A DNA stretch of 64,000 bases, taken from contig JBLDXI010000048.1 in assembly GCA_047495785.1 (NCBI GenBank), positions 620,001 through 684,000 of the forward strand, written 5' to 3'. The first letter of the stretch is position 1; each line of letters begins with the position of its first letter. Position numbers and translations under genes: made by a program. The notes beneath the pieces were generated by a model, which did no database searches, was not told where the DNA came from, and was given only the letters and a program-made list of their open reading frames with translations. The stretch is from Lepidodermella squamata (taxonomy: Eukaryota; Animalia; Gastrotricha). Shown one piece after another: positions 40,001 to 52,500 of the stretch.

Positions 40001-43000
40001 CCTCAGGGATCTAAAGGTTAGTTGTTTGTCTTAACCATGAAATTCTTAATGGTTGTTTTTCTTCTCAGGTGATAAGGGCCAGAAAGGTGACCAGGGCTCT
40101 AAAGGCAGCCAAGGATCGCAAGGCTCAAAGGGCGCTCAAGGCAGTCAAGGCTCGAAGGGTGCTCAGGGTAGCCAGGGCTCGAAGGGTGCTCAAGGTTCAC
40201 AAGGGTCTAAGGGCGATCAAGGCAGTCAAGGCTCCAAGGGTGCTCAGGGCAGTCAAGGCTCTAAAGGTGAACAAGGCTCTCAAGGCTCTAAAGGTGCTCA
40301 AGGTAGCCAGGGTTCGAAGGGTGACCAAGGTTCCCAGGGATCGAAGGGCGCACAAGGATCTCAGGGCTCGAAGGGCGAACAAGGATCTCAAGGATCGAAG
40401 GGCGCTCAAGGTTCGCAGGGCTCTAAAGGCGCACAAGGAAGTCAGGGATCCAAGGGCGAGCGAGGTATGTTTGCTTTTCTCCCAATATGTTGTGTATGTT
40501 GTGAATCATATTCTTCTCAGGATTGATGGGTTCAAAGGGTCTAATCGGTATGTTTCTGTTACTAATTTGTTACGCTGTTTGACTTAATTTCAATTATTAA
40601 GGCTCGGCCGGTCCAATTGGTCCGATGGGTCCGCAAGGCTCAATGGGCTCTCAAGGATCTCAGGGCTCAAAGGGCGCTCAAGGTAAGCTTTTTCATGGTT
40701 CGCGTTTCTTTTAAGCTATGTTCTTATGATTTCCAGGTTCCCAGGGATCCAAAGGCGATCAAGGCAGTCAAGGCTCCAAAGGGGCTCAGGGTTCTCAAGG
40801 CTCAAAGGGTGCTCAGGGCTCGCAGGGCTCTAAAGGTGAACAAGGCTCCCAGGGTTCGAAGGGAGCACAGGGCTCTCAGGGCTCAAAGGGCGAACAGGGC
40901 AGCCAAGGCTCTAAGGGCGCACAGGGCTCTCAAGGCTCTAAAGGTCAACAAGGTAGCCAGGGCAGCAAGGGCGAACAGGGCTCACAAGGCTCAAAGGGTG
41001 CTCAAGGCTCTCAAGGTTCGAAGGGTGCTCAAGGCTCGCAGGGCTCGAAGGGTGCTCAAGGTAACGTTTCCTACTTTATTCCCATTGTTCCAGCACGTAA
41101 TGTATCTTGTTAAACAATAGGTTCTCAGGGAAGCAAGGGCAGCCAAGGAAGTCAAGGTTCAAAGGGCCAGAAGGGAGATCAGGGATCGCAAGGTTCTATT
41201 GGATCGATCGGTAATTACTTCTTTCTTTCGAATATTCTCTCCTTCATTATTGCTGTTTTTAGGTCCTATCGGCCCCATGGGACCGCAAGGTTCTAAAGGT
41301 TGGTTCAATATAGATTTTTTCACGGGGATGCATATTTAATATTACATATTTTTAAAGGTGACAAGGGCGACAAAGGCGATCAAGGCTCCAAGGGAGCTCA
41401 AGGATCCCAGGGAAGCAAGGGTGCCCAAGGCTCTCAAGGCTCCAAGGGTGAACAGGGTTCACAGGGCTCCAAAGGTGCCCAAGGCTCTCAAGGTTCGAAG
41501 GGTACTCAGGGCTCTCAGGGCTCAAAGGGTGAACAAGGCAGCCAAGGCTCTAAAGGCCAACAAGGTGTGTTATCCTTTTAAATGAAATTATGTCAATTTT
41601 GATATATTTATATTGCAGGTTCTCAGGGCAGTAAGGGCGCTCAAGGCAGTCAAGGCTCGAAAGGAGAACAGGGCAGCCAAGGATCGAAGGGTGCTCAAGG
41701 TTCTCAAGGTTCCAAAGGCGAGCAAGGTAGCCAGGGCTCGAAGGGTGCTCAGGGCAGCCAAGGATCGAAGGGTGCGCAAGGCTCTCAAGGTTCCAAGGGC
41801 GATCAGGGCTCGCAGGGATCAAAGGGCGCTCAGGGTAGCCAGGGCTCCAAGGGCGAACAGGGTTCACAGGGCTCCAAAGGTGCCCAAGGTAGCCAAGGGT
41901 CTAAGGGAGAACAAGGCTCTCAGGGTTCTAAGGGCGCCCAAGGATCTCAAGGCAGCAAGGGTGCTCAAGGCTCTCAAGGCTCGAAGGGCGACAAAGGAGA
42001 TCAGGGATCAAAGGGCAGCCAAGGCTCACAGGGCTCAAAGGGTGATCAAGGATCTCAGGGTTCAAAGGGTGCTCAGGGTAGCCAGGGCTCTGAGGGTGAG
42101 CAGGGCTCTCAAGGCTCCAAAGGGGCACAAGGATCCCAAGGAAGCAAGGGTGCCCAAGGCTCTCGAGGCTCCAAGGGTGAACAAGGATCCCAAGGATCAA
42201 AGGGTGCTCAGGGATCTCAAGGTTCGAAGGGTGCTCAAGGTAGCCAAGGCTCTAAAGGCGCACAGGGCAGTCAAGGATCTAAGGGAGAGAAGGGCGACAT
42301 TGGATCACAAGGGTCGCAAGGCTCGATAGGTATGTGATGTTCTTTCCCGTAATACAGTCCTTTTATAGAATCAATTCTTCTCTCTAGGTCCTATCGGCCC
42401 CATGGGTCCTCAAGGCTCTAAAGGCAACCAAGGTTCTCAGGGATCTAAGGGCCAAAAAGGTTTGTGTTGACTGTTGTAAGACTAAGTCGCTGTATAAATT
42501 ATCATTTGATCAGGTGACCAAGGATCCAAGGGTCAACAAGGCAGTCAGGGATCTAAGGGCGATCAAGGTATGAAAATACTACATCTATTTTACTCTCTAT
42601 ATTCTCTTATTTCTTTTACAGGTTCACAGGGATCTAAGGGTGCTCAAGGGTCGCAAGGCTCTAAGGGAGCTCAGGGAAGCCAAGGTTCTAAAGGAGAACA
42701 AGGTTTGTTCTTATGCAGTTGAATATGTTTATGTTAATGTCGCTCTATTAACAGGTTCGCAGGGCAGCAAGGGTGCTCAAGGCTCACAAGGCTCGAAGGG
42801 TGATCAGGGCAGTCAAGGCTCGAAGGGTGCCCAAGGAAGCCAAGGATCGAAGGGTGAACAGGGTTCCCAGGGCTCGAAGGGTGCTCAAGGATCGCAGGGC
42901 TCTAAGGGTGAACAGGGTTCTCAAGGCTCTAAGGGTGCCCAAGGCTCTCAAGGATCGAAGGGTGAACAAGGTAGCCAAGGCTCCAAGGGCGCTCAAGGTA

Positions 43001-45847
43001 CGTTCTTTATATTTCTCGTCCTCTTTTTAATGATGTTCTTTTTTAGGTTCCCAGGGCAGCAAGGGTGAACAAGGTAGCCAGGGTTCTAAAGGCGCCCAAG
43101 GATCACAAGGGTCTAAGGGTGCACAAGGCAGCCAAGGATCCAAGGGTGAACAAGGTAAACTTAACATTTATGAGTTTATGAATTTTCAAACCTGTCCGCC
43201 TTCATTTTAGGTTCTCAGGGATCGAAGGGTGCTCAGGGCAGCCAAGGATCGAAGGGCGAACAAGGTATAATAATTGTCTTACGTTAAAATACAGCTTTCT
43301 CATCCGATTATATTCCATTGCAGGTTCACAAGGGTCTAAGGGTGCACAAGGCAGCCAAGGATCCAAGGGCGAGAAGGGCGACAATGGCACTCCTGGCTCT
43401 CAAGGATCTATCGGTAATATATATATTCTCTCATTGTTTGCTTGACTATGTTTGCGTTTTTATCAGGTCCGATCGGCCCAATGGGACCTCAAGGCTCGAA
43501 GGGTCAAAAGGGAGATCAGGGCTCTAAGGGTGCTCAAGGTTTGCAATCGTAAATGCCGACAAGCAGCTTGAAACTGTTTTGCCTTTCAACAGGATCTCAG
43601 GGTTCGAAGGGTTCCCAGGGTTCGCAAGGATCTAAGGGATCTCAAGGTAATTGATATTTGTATTTATTCTATCAGTTTTCATTTAATTCTTCTTGCTCTG
43701 TTCTAGGCTCACAAGGCTCTAAAGGTGCTCAGGGATCCCAGGGTTCGAAGGGTGACCAAGGCAGCCAAGGATCCAAGGGCGCTCAAGGTATGAATCCTCC
43801 TTCCATGTGACAAATTTTGCAATATTTATTGTCTTCTGTTACAGGATCTCAGGGTTCAAAGGGTGCTCAAGGTAGCCAAGGTAGCAAGGGTGACCATGGC
43901 AGCCAAGGCTCGAAGGGTGCTCAAGGATCACAAGGCTCCAAGGGCGATCAAGGTTTAAAGTTTTTTATTTTAATTGATCTATTTCTCTAATGATTGTTTC
44001 TTGCAGGCTCTCAGGGTTCCAAGGGTAACCAGGGTAGCCAAGGATCAAAGGGTGAACAAGGTTAGTATGCCTATGATTGGCATTCGATCTATTGTAACTT
44101 GACTCTTGTTATTAGGCCCCTATGGATCGAAGGGCGACAAGGGCATTGATGGATCAACTGGTCCTACTGGTCCTACCGGCCCTCAAGGTAATTTGCTCTC
44201 TTTTGTGGTAGATTGTTGAGATTTCATCGCAATTTCATAGGCTCTAAGGGTGCGGATGGTGCGACTGGTCCTAAGGGTGAACCTGGCGCAATGCCTCCTA
44301 ACAACCCCGGCATTCCTGGTGGAGATGGCGCGAAAGGTTTGTATTAAACTTGAAAAAGCGGTGTCTCGTCAATTTTTACCATCAATGCTCAGGTGACAAG
44401 GGCGAACGTGGACCCATTGGTAATAGCTATCCGCCAAATCATTTGATTTTTTGATGAGTTCTGTTACCCTATAGGTCCTATCGGCAACACCGGTCCCATC
44501 GGTCCTCGCGGTTATCAAGGCTCGCAGGGTTCCCAGGGTAGCCAAGGTGAGTTTGTTTTTGGCCTTCCTGAAAATTGATTAAATTCACTTATTTTCACAG
44601 GTTCTCAAGGCTCCAAGGGTCAAAGGGGTGACATGGGCTCCAAGGGTGATCAAGGAAGCCAAGGTTCAAAGGGCGCACAAGGATCTCAAGGCTCTAAGGG
44701 TGAACAAGGTTCTCAGGGATCAAAGGGTCATCAAGGATCGCAGGGATCTAAGGGCGAACAGGGTTCTCAAGGCTCCAAGGGTGCCCAAGGTTCTCAAGGA
44801 TCGAAGGGTGATCAAGGCAGCCAAGGCTCGAAGGGCGCGCAGGGTTCTCAAGGATCTAAAGGCCAACAAGGCAGCCAAGGTTCCAAGGGAGAACAGGGCT
44901 CACAGGGCTCTAAGGGCCACCAAGGTTCGCAAGGATCTAAGGGCGAGCAGGGATCGCAGGGTTCGAAGGGCCATCAAGGCTCACAGGGCTCTAAAGGTGC
45001 TCAAGGTTCACAAGGCTCTAAAGGTGAACAGGGCTCGCAAGGTTCCAAGGGCCACCAAGGTAAGAAACGCCTTTAATTTCTTACATTCCTGAGTCTCATT
45101 ATTCGTCCTCGACAGGTTCACAAGGCTCTAAGGGAGACAAGGGCGATCAAGGTTCCAAGGGTGCTCAAGGTATGTTTCAATTGCTCGTTTCTTGAATTTA
45201 GGTTCAATTTGACAATGTTTCTAGGTCCCCAAGGTCCGCAAGGTCCTCAAGGCCCACAGGGTCCGCAAGGTCCCCAGGGTCCACAAGGCCCGCAAGGCCC
45301 GCAAGGCCCGCAAGGTCCTCAAGGTCCGCAAGGTCCACAGGGTCCTCAGGGCCCGCAGGGTCCGCAAGGTCCTCAAGGCCCGCAGGGTCCCCAAGGCCCA
45401 CAAGGTCCTAGAGGTACGTTATCTTTTTCTCTGCTTGAGGAATCTATGCTACCTCATTTTTCAAATCACAGGCTTCCAAGGTAGCAAGGGAGCTTCAGGC
45501 ACTCAAGGCCCCAAGGGTGATCACGGCGGTCCCGGCTCCCGTGGTCCGACCGGTCCTCAAGGCTCAAAGGGTGATCGAGGTAAGTCATTCGATTTTCCCG
45601 CTTTCACCTGATCTAATTTTTCCAATCCCCCAAAGGTTGCCCTGGCGTTGGAAAACGAGGTCGCAGGGGTCACACTGGCCCTTGTGGTCCTCCTGGCCCA
45701 CCTGGCCCACCATCGGCGTGCGACGACCCGAGGAAGCTCCGCAAATTGGTCGCTGATCTCTTGAACGAACTTCTTGCCAATGTTTTCGACGATTCCGACG
45801 AAGTGCGGCCACCCAACTACAACGGCGGCAGCAGGTTGAAAATTTGA
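25060..45847 (+). CDS. Giant secreted collagen-like protein: signal peptide, furin site, 16-Cys domain, very long Gly-X-Y region, short C-terminal helix
   Basis: Hydrophobic leader and RERR in Cys-rich exon 1 (to 25957). Many phase-1 exons then encode Gly-X-Y. The last exon (45636-45847) reads GCPGVGKRG...[34 protein letters not shown]...LKI*. Confidence 0.93.
27600..45170 (+). repeat. Coding 27-nt repeat (GSQ-GSK-G[A/E/Q/D/H]Q) interrupted by short introns
   Basis: Directly visible. The peptide is conserved while synonymous positions vary widely. Confidence 0.97.
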
Positions 45848-46875
45848 AATCGGCGAGTGACCTGAAAAGGGACATTTCAAAAAACTTTTATTACAAATTT
45901 ATTTGAACAAATAATTATTTCTTTCTCCCCGTATTGAAAACGCTGCGAAAAATCGATGAGTTATGTCTTCGAAAAAACTATCTACGTCTTCAAATGTAAA
46001 TACAAACGTTTATTTTAATCTTGAGAAAACATATATATAATGATATATATACAAATTATTTATTGAATGAACATTGTGCTGTGGTTGTCTATATCAACTT
46101 TGCTCAACATCGCCATAGCTTTGTGTGATGAGGCTGAAAATGCGTCGACAGATTATTTATTTGTGTTATATTTTGATCGTTATCCCGGTCGAATTTTTCT
46201 CTTTAACAGACGCATTTTTCGGCTTTTTTTATACAAAAGCTCATCTTTTGAATCAACTCAATGATGTGTGAGATTTCGAAAAACGAACCACGCCAATAAA
46301 ACACGAGTAAATTGTAATTTTCAGTATCGCGTTTTTTCATCGGCCTTTTCGAGTTCTTGAAAAACTTGGGAATAGAAAAATTCGATTTTTTTAAATTTTT
46401 TTTAAATTTTTTTTTTGATAATTGAAGTAATTTGAAAATTAGAAATTCAGTTCAAAATTTGAGAATTTAATTCAAAAAAGTTGAAGGCTTGAGGAAAATT
46501 TTCAAATTTTGAATTGAATTTTCAAAAAAGTGTCGTAAGTTTTGAAATTTATAAAAATTCTATTTTACGCTCTGTTAAATATATTTTTTCATCCTGTATT
46601 TTGAATCACGATCTAAAATTATTTCGCTATGGGCCATGTGAGAAATAATTTTTATTAGGTCACGCAAGGTGAGCAGTAAAATTGAACTATATTATTAGGT
46701 ACCTATAAAAAACGAAGAAAAAACAGCACCTTTGGGATCACGCGCGTGGCCTATACGGTTTCTAGCCAGGGCATTAGTCAAACATACAGCTTATTTCTGC
46801 CCGATATTTACTCAAAATTTAGCCTCTCCTCACTTTTTGTTATTGATATTATGTGCAGCTGCTGGTCGTCGATAA

Positions 46876-49325
46876 ATGCTGCCAATTTCGAGCATTTTTA
46901 ACCCTGCGCTTATGTTTCGGCAAATTTTAGCTACCGATATCTTGCTCGCCGTAGCTATTACGGCGGCGCTTATATACGCCACAATACGGCCAGCTGTTGA
47001 AATCGTTCAAGTCGAACACACCCATCGCGATAATGAGACCCGTCAGACCGTGACGAATCACGACCGAATCGATGTCGGAATTTTCACGGCCTGTTTATCC
47101 CGTCAGAATAATTCGAAAATCACTCAACCGGAACGGCATCGAATATCGAATTGTTCTGAATCGAATATCGATTTTTCACAGCTCAATCACGTGGAAAATT
47201 TTACCGAAATCACTCAACCGGAACGGGATTTTGTTCAGGTCGCGTGCTGGCCGCTGAAGGAATTTTTGATAAATTACCTGGATTATATCGAAACTTTCGA
47301 AGAGCCGCTGCCAAATGACACGGCCAAAATCGATCGGCCTTTGTTCATGCAGTCTTGTGATCCTAAATTAGCGCCTTACGTCTCCGGCGCGACCTATATC
47401 CATGGGACGGAATACGGCACGGTTCATTTGTTTTACACCTGTGCTGATGGTTACTATCCGATTGATAAATATGGCGTGGACGTTTATTGCCAGTGTAACG
47501 AAACGATTTGCTGGTGGACAACGCCGCCTGATTGCGTTCCTAATGGTAAGGTGATGACGCTTTTTTACGAAAATTTGCCTATAAGGTATGAGCTGTCTAC
47601 GCCGAACTGAAAAAAATGGCAATTTCAAATTTTATTAAATTTTGAAATATTCCAAATTAGTTCGGAATTTTTAAAAGAATTACAGACGTTTTCTAAAATT
47701 CTTGAAAATTTTGAAATTCGAATTTAAATTGAGCAAAATTAAAAAAACTTGAAAACTTGAAAATTGAAATTTCATTTGAAATTAAAATTGAATTTTTTCA
47801 ATAAAATTTAAAAAAACCTTAAATGTTGCAGATACGTGTCTACCTGGTGGAACGGATGAATATGACATCTGTTCGTTTGGCGACGATGAATTTGCGTATG
47901 AGCAAGCACTTCGTGTGGCTAATCCAATTCTTTTCGCCGAAAATTCATCGTCCAATATCACAAATTTAACAAACCTGCTTAATGCAACCGGCATTTACCT
48001 GTTTCCATCCGTCACGGTTGAATGCTCCGGATTTGTCCGGCAATGGGACGTTGTCGCTCAACGACCCGGTTCGATGAACATCGACATATGGCGACAAAAT
48101 CAGCGAAATCCTGATAAAATCACACTGATCGGCACGAATCACCTGGACGTTTCAAAAATCGGCTTACAGGGTTTTATTATTCAAAAATCAGACCAAATCC
48201 AGGTTATTCAAGGCGATTTTATTGGCCTGCACTACGACTCGCTAGATGCGGATAACAATGCAGTGTTTTTCATGGCAATTAATGCCGAAAATTCGACATA
48301 TTTTGCATTTAATTCATCAGCGGCGATGGGAGGGACTGATTTCGGGTCGAGTGCCAATCTGGTGCCGGGTTCCAGCTTGAAATTATCGGCAATATCGAAA
48401 TTGGCCAACTTTACGGCGAACGGGTATCCGGCTATTATTGGTCGCGTGACCGTTGGCGGAATGGTAATTTAAAATCCAATTTTCAGATTTCTAAAAATTT
48501 CGAAATAATTTTAATTTTTTTTAATTTCATTTAATTGAAATTTTCAAATGAAGTAGAATTATAAAAAATAATAATGCTTAATGTTTATTAAGGAGATTTT
48601 TTTCAAAATTTAAGGTCCCTCCGAAGCCGGTTGTTGTTCAAAGCGTTGCAGTCAGCTGTATCGTCAGCATAACCCTAGCCATTTTGAGCCTAGTCTTAAT
48701 CTGCATTCAAATGCGACATTTCGGCCAGGAACAAGCTAGAAAACGGGTCAGTGCTGCGAATACGGCCTTTCTGCAATGCTCAAAGCTCTTCACAATCGCC
48801 ATGGCCTTTGCAGCCTACACCGGGGTCGCTTCAATCGAGCTATTCGCCCTATTTTTCACTGATTACAACTGCAATCAGGCCTATCAATGGAAGGTTGGTG
48901 TTAGTGGTTGGATAATTCTGGTATCTGGTATAGCTTCCTTAGTCTTAATCGGCTTGATTGGCTGGGCAGAACATGCTTTCAATCAATCCGTCACGCCTGG
49001 GTTGAATTTCAATTACTTTGCCGACTTGGAACGGCATAAACATCGAGATTCTTCACATTTCAAAGGTATTGCGGATATAAATGTTAGGCTTCAAGCTCGA
49101 AAACGGCAGAAACCTCCAGTTGTGGATGATTCGAATGAGGAAAATGGTCAGGCTCAGTCGAGCACGTCGAAGCGTGGCAATGGCGAGCATATCGAACTGC
49201 AATGTGTGAGCATCAGGATTCCGATGTTTGCGCAGGGCCTGTTTGATAGGCGCCCAGCTCGGCCGAAGACATCGATGTTGGCGAGAAGACTTGAAAATCG
49301 AAGAACTATTGCTAGAATAAATTGA
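46876..49325 (+). CDS. Claudin/PMP22-like four-TM protein with Sushi-like and beta-rich domains in extracellular loop 1
   Basis: Exons 46876-47545, 47832-48463 and 48615-49325 join in frame. TM1 is followed by GIFTAC. A CCP-like C...YTCADGY...C...W..PPDC follows. Three further hydrophobic helices lie in the last exon. Confidence 0.65.
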
Positions 49326-49562
49326 TCATTTATTTATACGAGACATTGATCTTTCAGCGGAATTAAATTTCAAAATTAGGCACGAACGAAGAATATCTTC
49401 AAATCAGGACTTTCATGTTAAGCGATTGAAGATGTTAAGATGGAAGTTGCAATTATAATTCAAGCCGATTCCGTGCCAATCATTAACTTTGAAAAGCGAA
49501 TAACAGCATATAACAGACAGTGAAGTTGATTGGAATCGATGTAAAGATGAGGTGGTCACACC

Positions 49563-52500
49563 TCAATCTTCCTCGTTTACTGCATCCAATGTCTTCAGCC
49601 TTTGATGGTGTTCTTCCAAAAATCTACGGTAATAGGATGCAAAATAATAGATAATTGGCTGAAAGTGCTCACCTCGCAGTTTCCTCTTGCCCAATTCTTC
49701 TCAACGCCTCAAGAAAACCTTTCCATTCGGCAGAATCGGGATCGGCAGAAACGTATTTGTAAAGCGTTTGGAGGCGCTCCGAATGGGTAGGCTGAAATAA
49801 AAATCATACTTTGAAACAGACTGTTTGATTCTCAGAGATAATACCATGTTCGTGATGACACGATTTTCTTCACAACTTATAACTCCATTTTCTATTAAGT
49901 GATGTTGCAACGTTTGGAAATCGATTGATTCAATCAGTCGTTTGAAAGATTCAGAAATCTTGCCACTAACAGCTTCTATCTTCTTTCGTACATCTTCTGC
50001 TAATATAGTGTCGCATCGCTTTTCGAACTCCTCCGAAAGGATTCTGTAACAAAGATTCAAATATCACTTCCTGGAATTTCTTGCAAAGACCTTAGCAATG
50101 ATTTAGCGTAGACTTTCAAAGCCCAGCAAAACTCTTTCCACGTTTTAACGCTTTTGCTGACGTATGCACCAAACAGCTCGTCCATTTTGTCTTCATCTTC
50201 GACCTGGATAAAAAAATGTAGGACTAACGTGCATAGCATTTTCTATCACCTTAGCATCAATGGTAGCCAATTCATCTTCTTTTAAAACTCCCAGAGCTTT
50301 TAGTACATTTCGAAAGGGTTGCATTTCAAGTTTGCTTTTGAACGTTTCCTTAACCCCTTTGAGAGTAGCAGATATCGCACGAAGTTGCTTGAAAGATAAA
50401 GATGAGTACGAAGACGTTATTCATAAAAATACCAACCTTTTTTTCGTCATCAATCTGTTCGTTCCACCAGTTTTCGGATAATGAATAATATTCACTCTCT
50501 GAGGAGCCAGAGAGTGAATGAAGTGTCTGATGACTTGACCAGCTGCTAATTGATTGCCTTGGTTAATCAAACGCTTGCGATAGTTATGAAACACAAGATT
50601 GCTGATATATACTTACGAGATATTTTTAGACAAGGAAATGCCACCCACAGCGCTCTCATTGACGGGCTTGGCACTGAATTTTTTCATCAGCATTTCCTCT
50701 ACCTCTTTATGGCCAGTTGCGTGAGCGTAATCAACTGCTGTTCTGCCGTCCTTGTCGGGCGTGTTGACGTCTACATCGCAGTCCTCAGCAAGGAACCGAA
50801 CGAGCTCAATATGACCACCCAATGCGGCAAGATGTATTGGCGTTCGACCATACTTATCTGCAACTGTTACATCCATCTTCAGTTCGCTAACGAAACGCCG
50901 AGCTAAATCCAAGTAACCATTCGATGAAGCGAAATGCATTGGCCCCCAACCGAAGTTATTTACTGCTCCAGAATTAACATTGAATTTTTCGACGAGCGTA
51001 AAACACATTGCGGCGTCGCCACGCCTAGCAGCCTCTAGCAGGGGTGTCATACCTTCGTTGTCACTGTGATCAACTTTGGCTCCATACTCACTGATCAACA
51101 ACTTGACCAATTTATCGTTGCCACAATGAACAGCGTGATGTAATGGCGTCCAGCCATTACTATCGGCGGAATTGACATTCGCTTTAAACCTGATCAGCAG
51201 CTTTGTTACTTCAGTTTGATTATTTCTGACAGCTTCGTGCAGTGGCGTCTGTCCACCAAAGCCTACAGATTTAACATCACTTTCATACTTATCGATTAGA
51301 ATATTGACGACTTCTATAAGACCATTGAAGGCGGCATAGTGCAATAGGGTTCGCCCATCGTTGTCCTTGACGTTAACACCTATGTTATCGATTAGATTTA
51401 CCAATTCCTCATTATTACCAGAAGCTGCGGCAGTAAGTAGGCGGGACTCAGCTGAATCAGAGTTCGAATTTACGTCGATGTTTCCCGTTGGATCGTCAGT
51501 CTTAGCATCTGATTCAGCATTTGCCATCTGGGTGTTATTTAAGGGTCCCCCAAAGGAAGGAATCTCATTTTCTTTCTGGCTTCTCAGATGATGAGCGATG
51601 TTTTTCACGATCGCATCATGGCCGAATTCAGCAGCGCAGCGCAATGGCGTCCATCCCTTGTAGTTTAATAACTCACAATCAGCCCCATACTGCTCGATCA
51701 ACAATTTGACAACTTCAATGTGACCTTGAGTTGAGCGGTAATGTGAAGCAGCGAGGTGAAGTGGCGTCAAACCCTTCTCAGCTGCTGCGTTGACTTCCGC
51801 TCCGAGCTCATCGATCAGAAACTTGACGACTTCAGTGTGGCCTTCACGAGCAGCATAATGTAACGGTGTCAAGCCATCCTTATCCATCGAGTTGAAAATA
51901 CTTTTGCAAGTGGCAGCATTAGTTCTTGCTTGGATTTTGCCAACAAGAAAGCGTAAAATGTCCATATTACCCTTTTCTGCAGCGCCGTGTAACAGTGTAA
52001 CGCCTCGCCAGTCAGCAGTATTAACATCAGCCTTGAAAACCTCGACAAGCAGCTGCGTCGCGGCGAGTTTTTCATTTCTCACAGCAGTGTTCAACGGAGT
52101 ACAGCCAGCCTTATCCTTGCTGTCAACGTCTAATTTGAAGCAGTCAACTAGTAATCGCATCAATTCCACATTCCCAAGACATGATGCGTGGTGTAAAGCT
52201 GTCCAACCTCTGCGATTAAACGCTTTGACATTAGCATTGTAATCTCTCGCAAGAACCTGCACCATTTCTACCTTGCCAGCACGAGCTGCAACAAGCAGTG
52301 GAGTATTACCTACATAATTCCTTGCATCAATATTTGCACCCCGACTTGCCAATAGTCCCACAATGTCGGCGTGACCTTTCCGTGCAGCACAGTATAAGGC
52401 AGTCTGTTCGTGATCATCCGCCGCATCCATGTCAACATCCGTCTCCGTTACCAGGAAGCGAACTATTTCTGAATTACCTTCCTCTGCAGCCAGGTGCAAA

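Noticed and set aside
28200-45403. Many long alternative-frame and antisense ORFs (LRALRTL..., KVLRVPK...) over the collagen
   Set aside because: These are shadow frames of a stop-poor coding repeat, and they break at every intron.
50490-50519. 12-bp hairpin ATTCACTCTCTG/CAGAGAGTGAAT
   Set aside because: It is short and lies inside a coding exon, with no other support for function.
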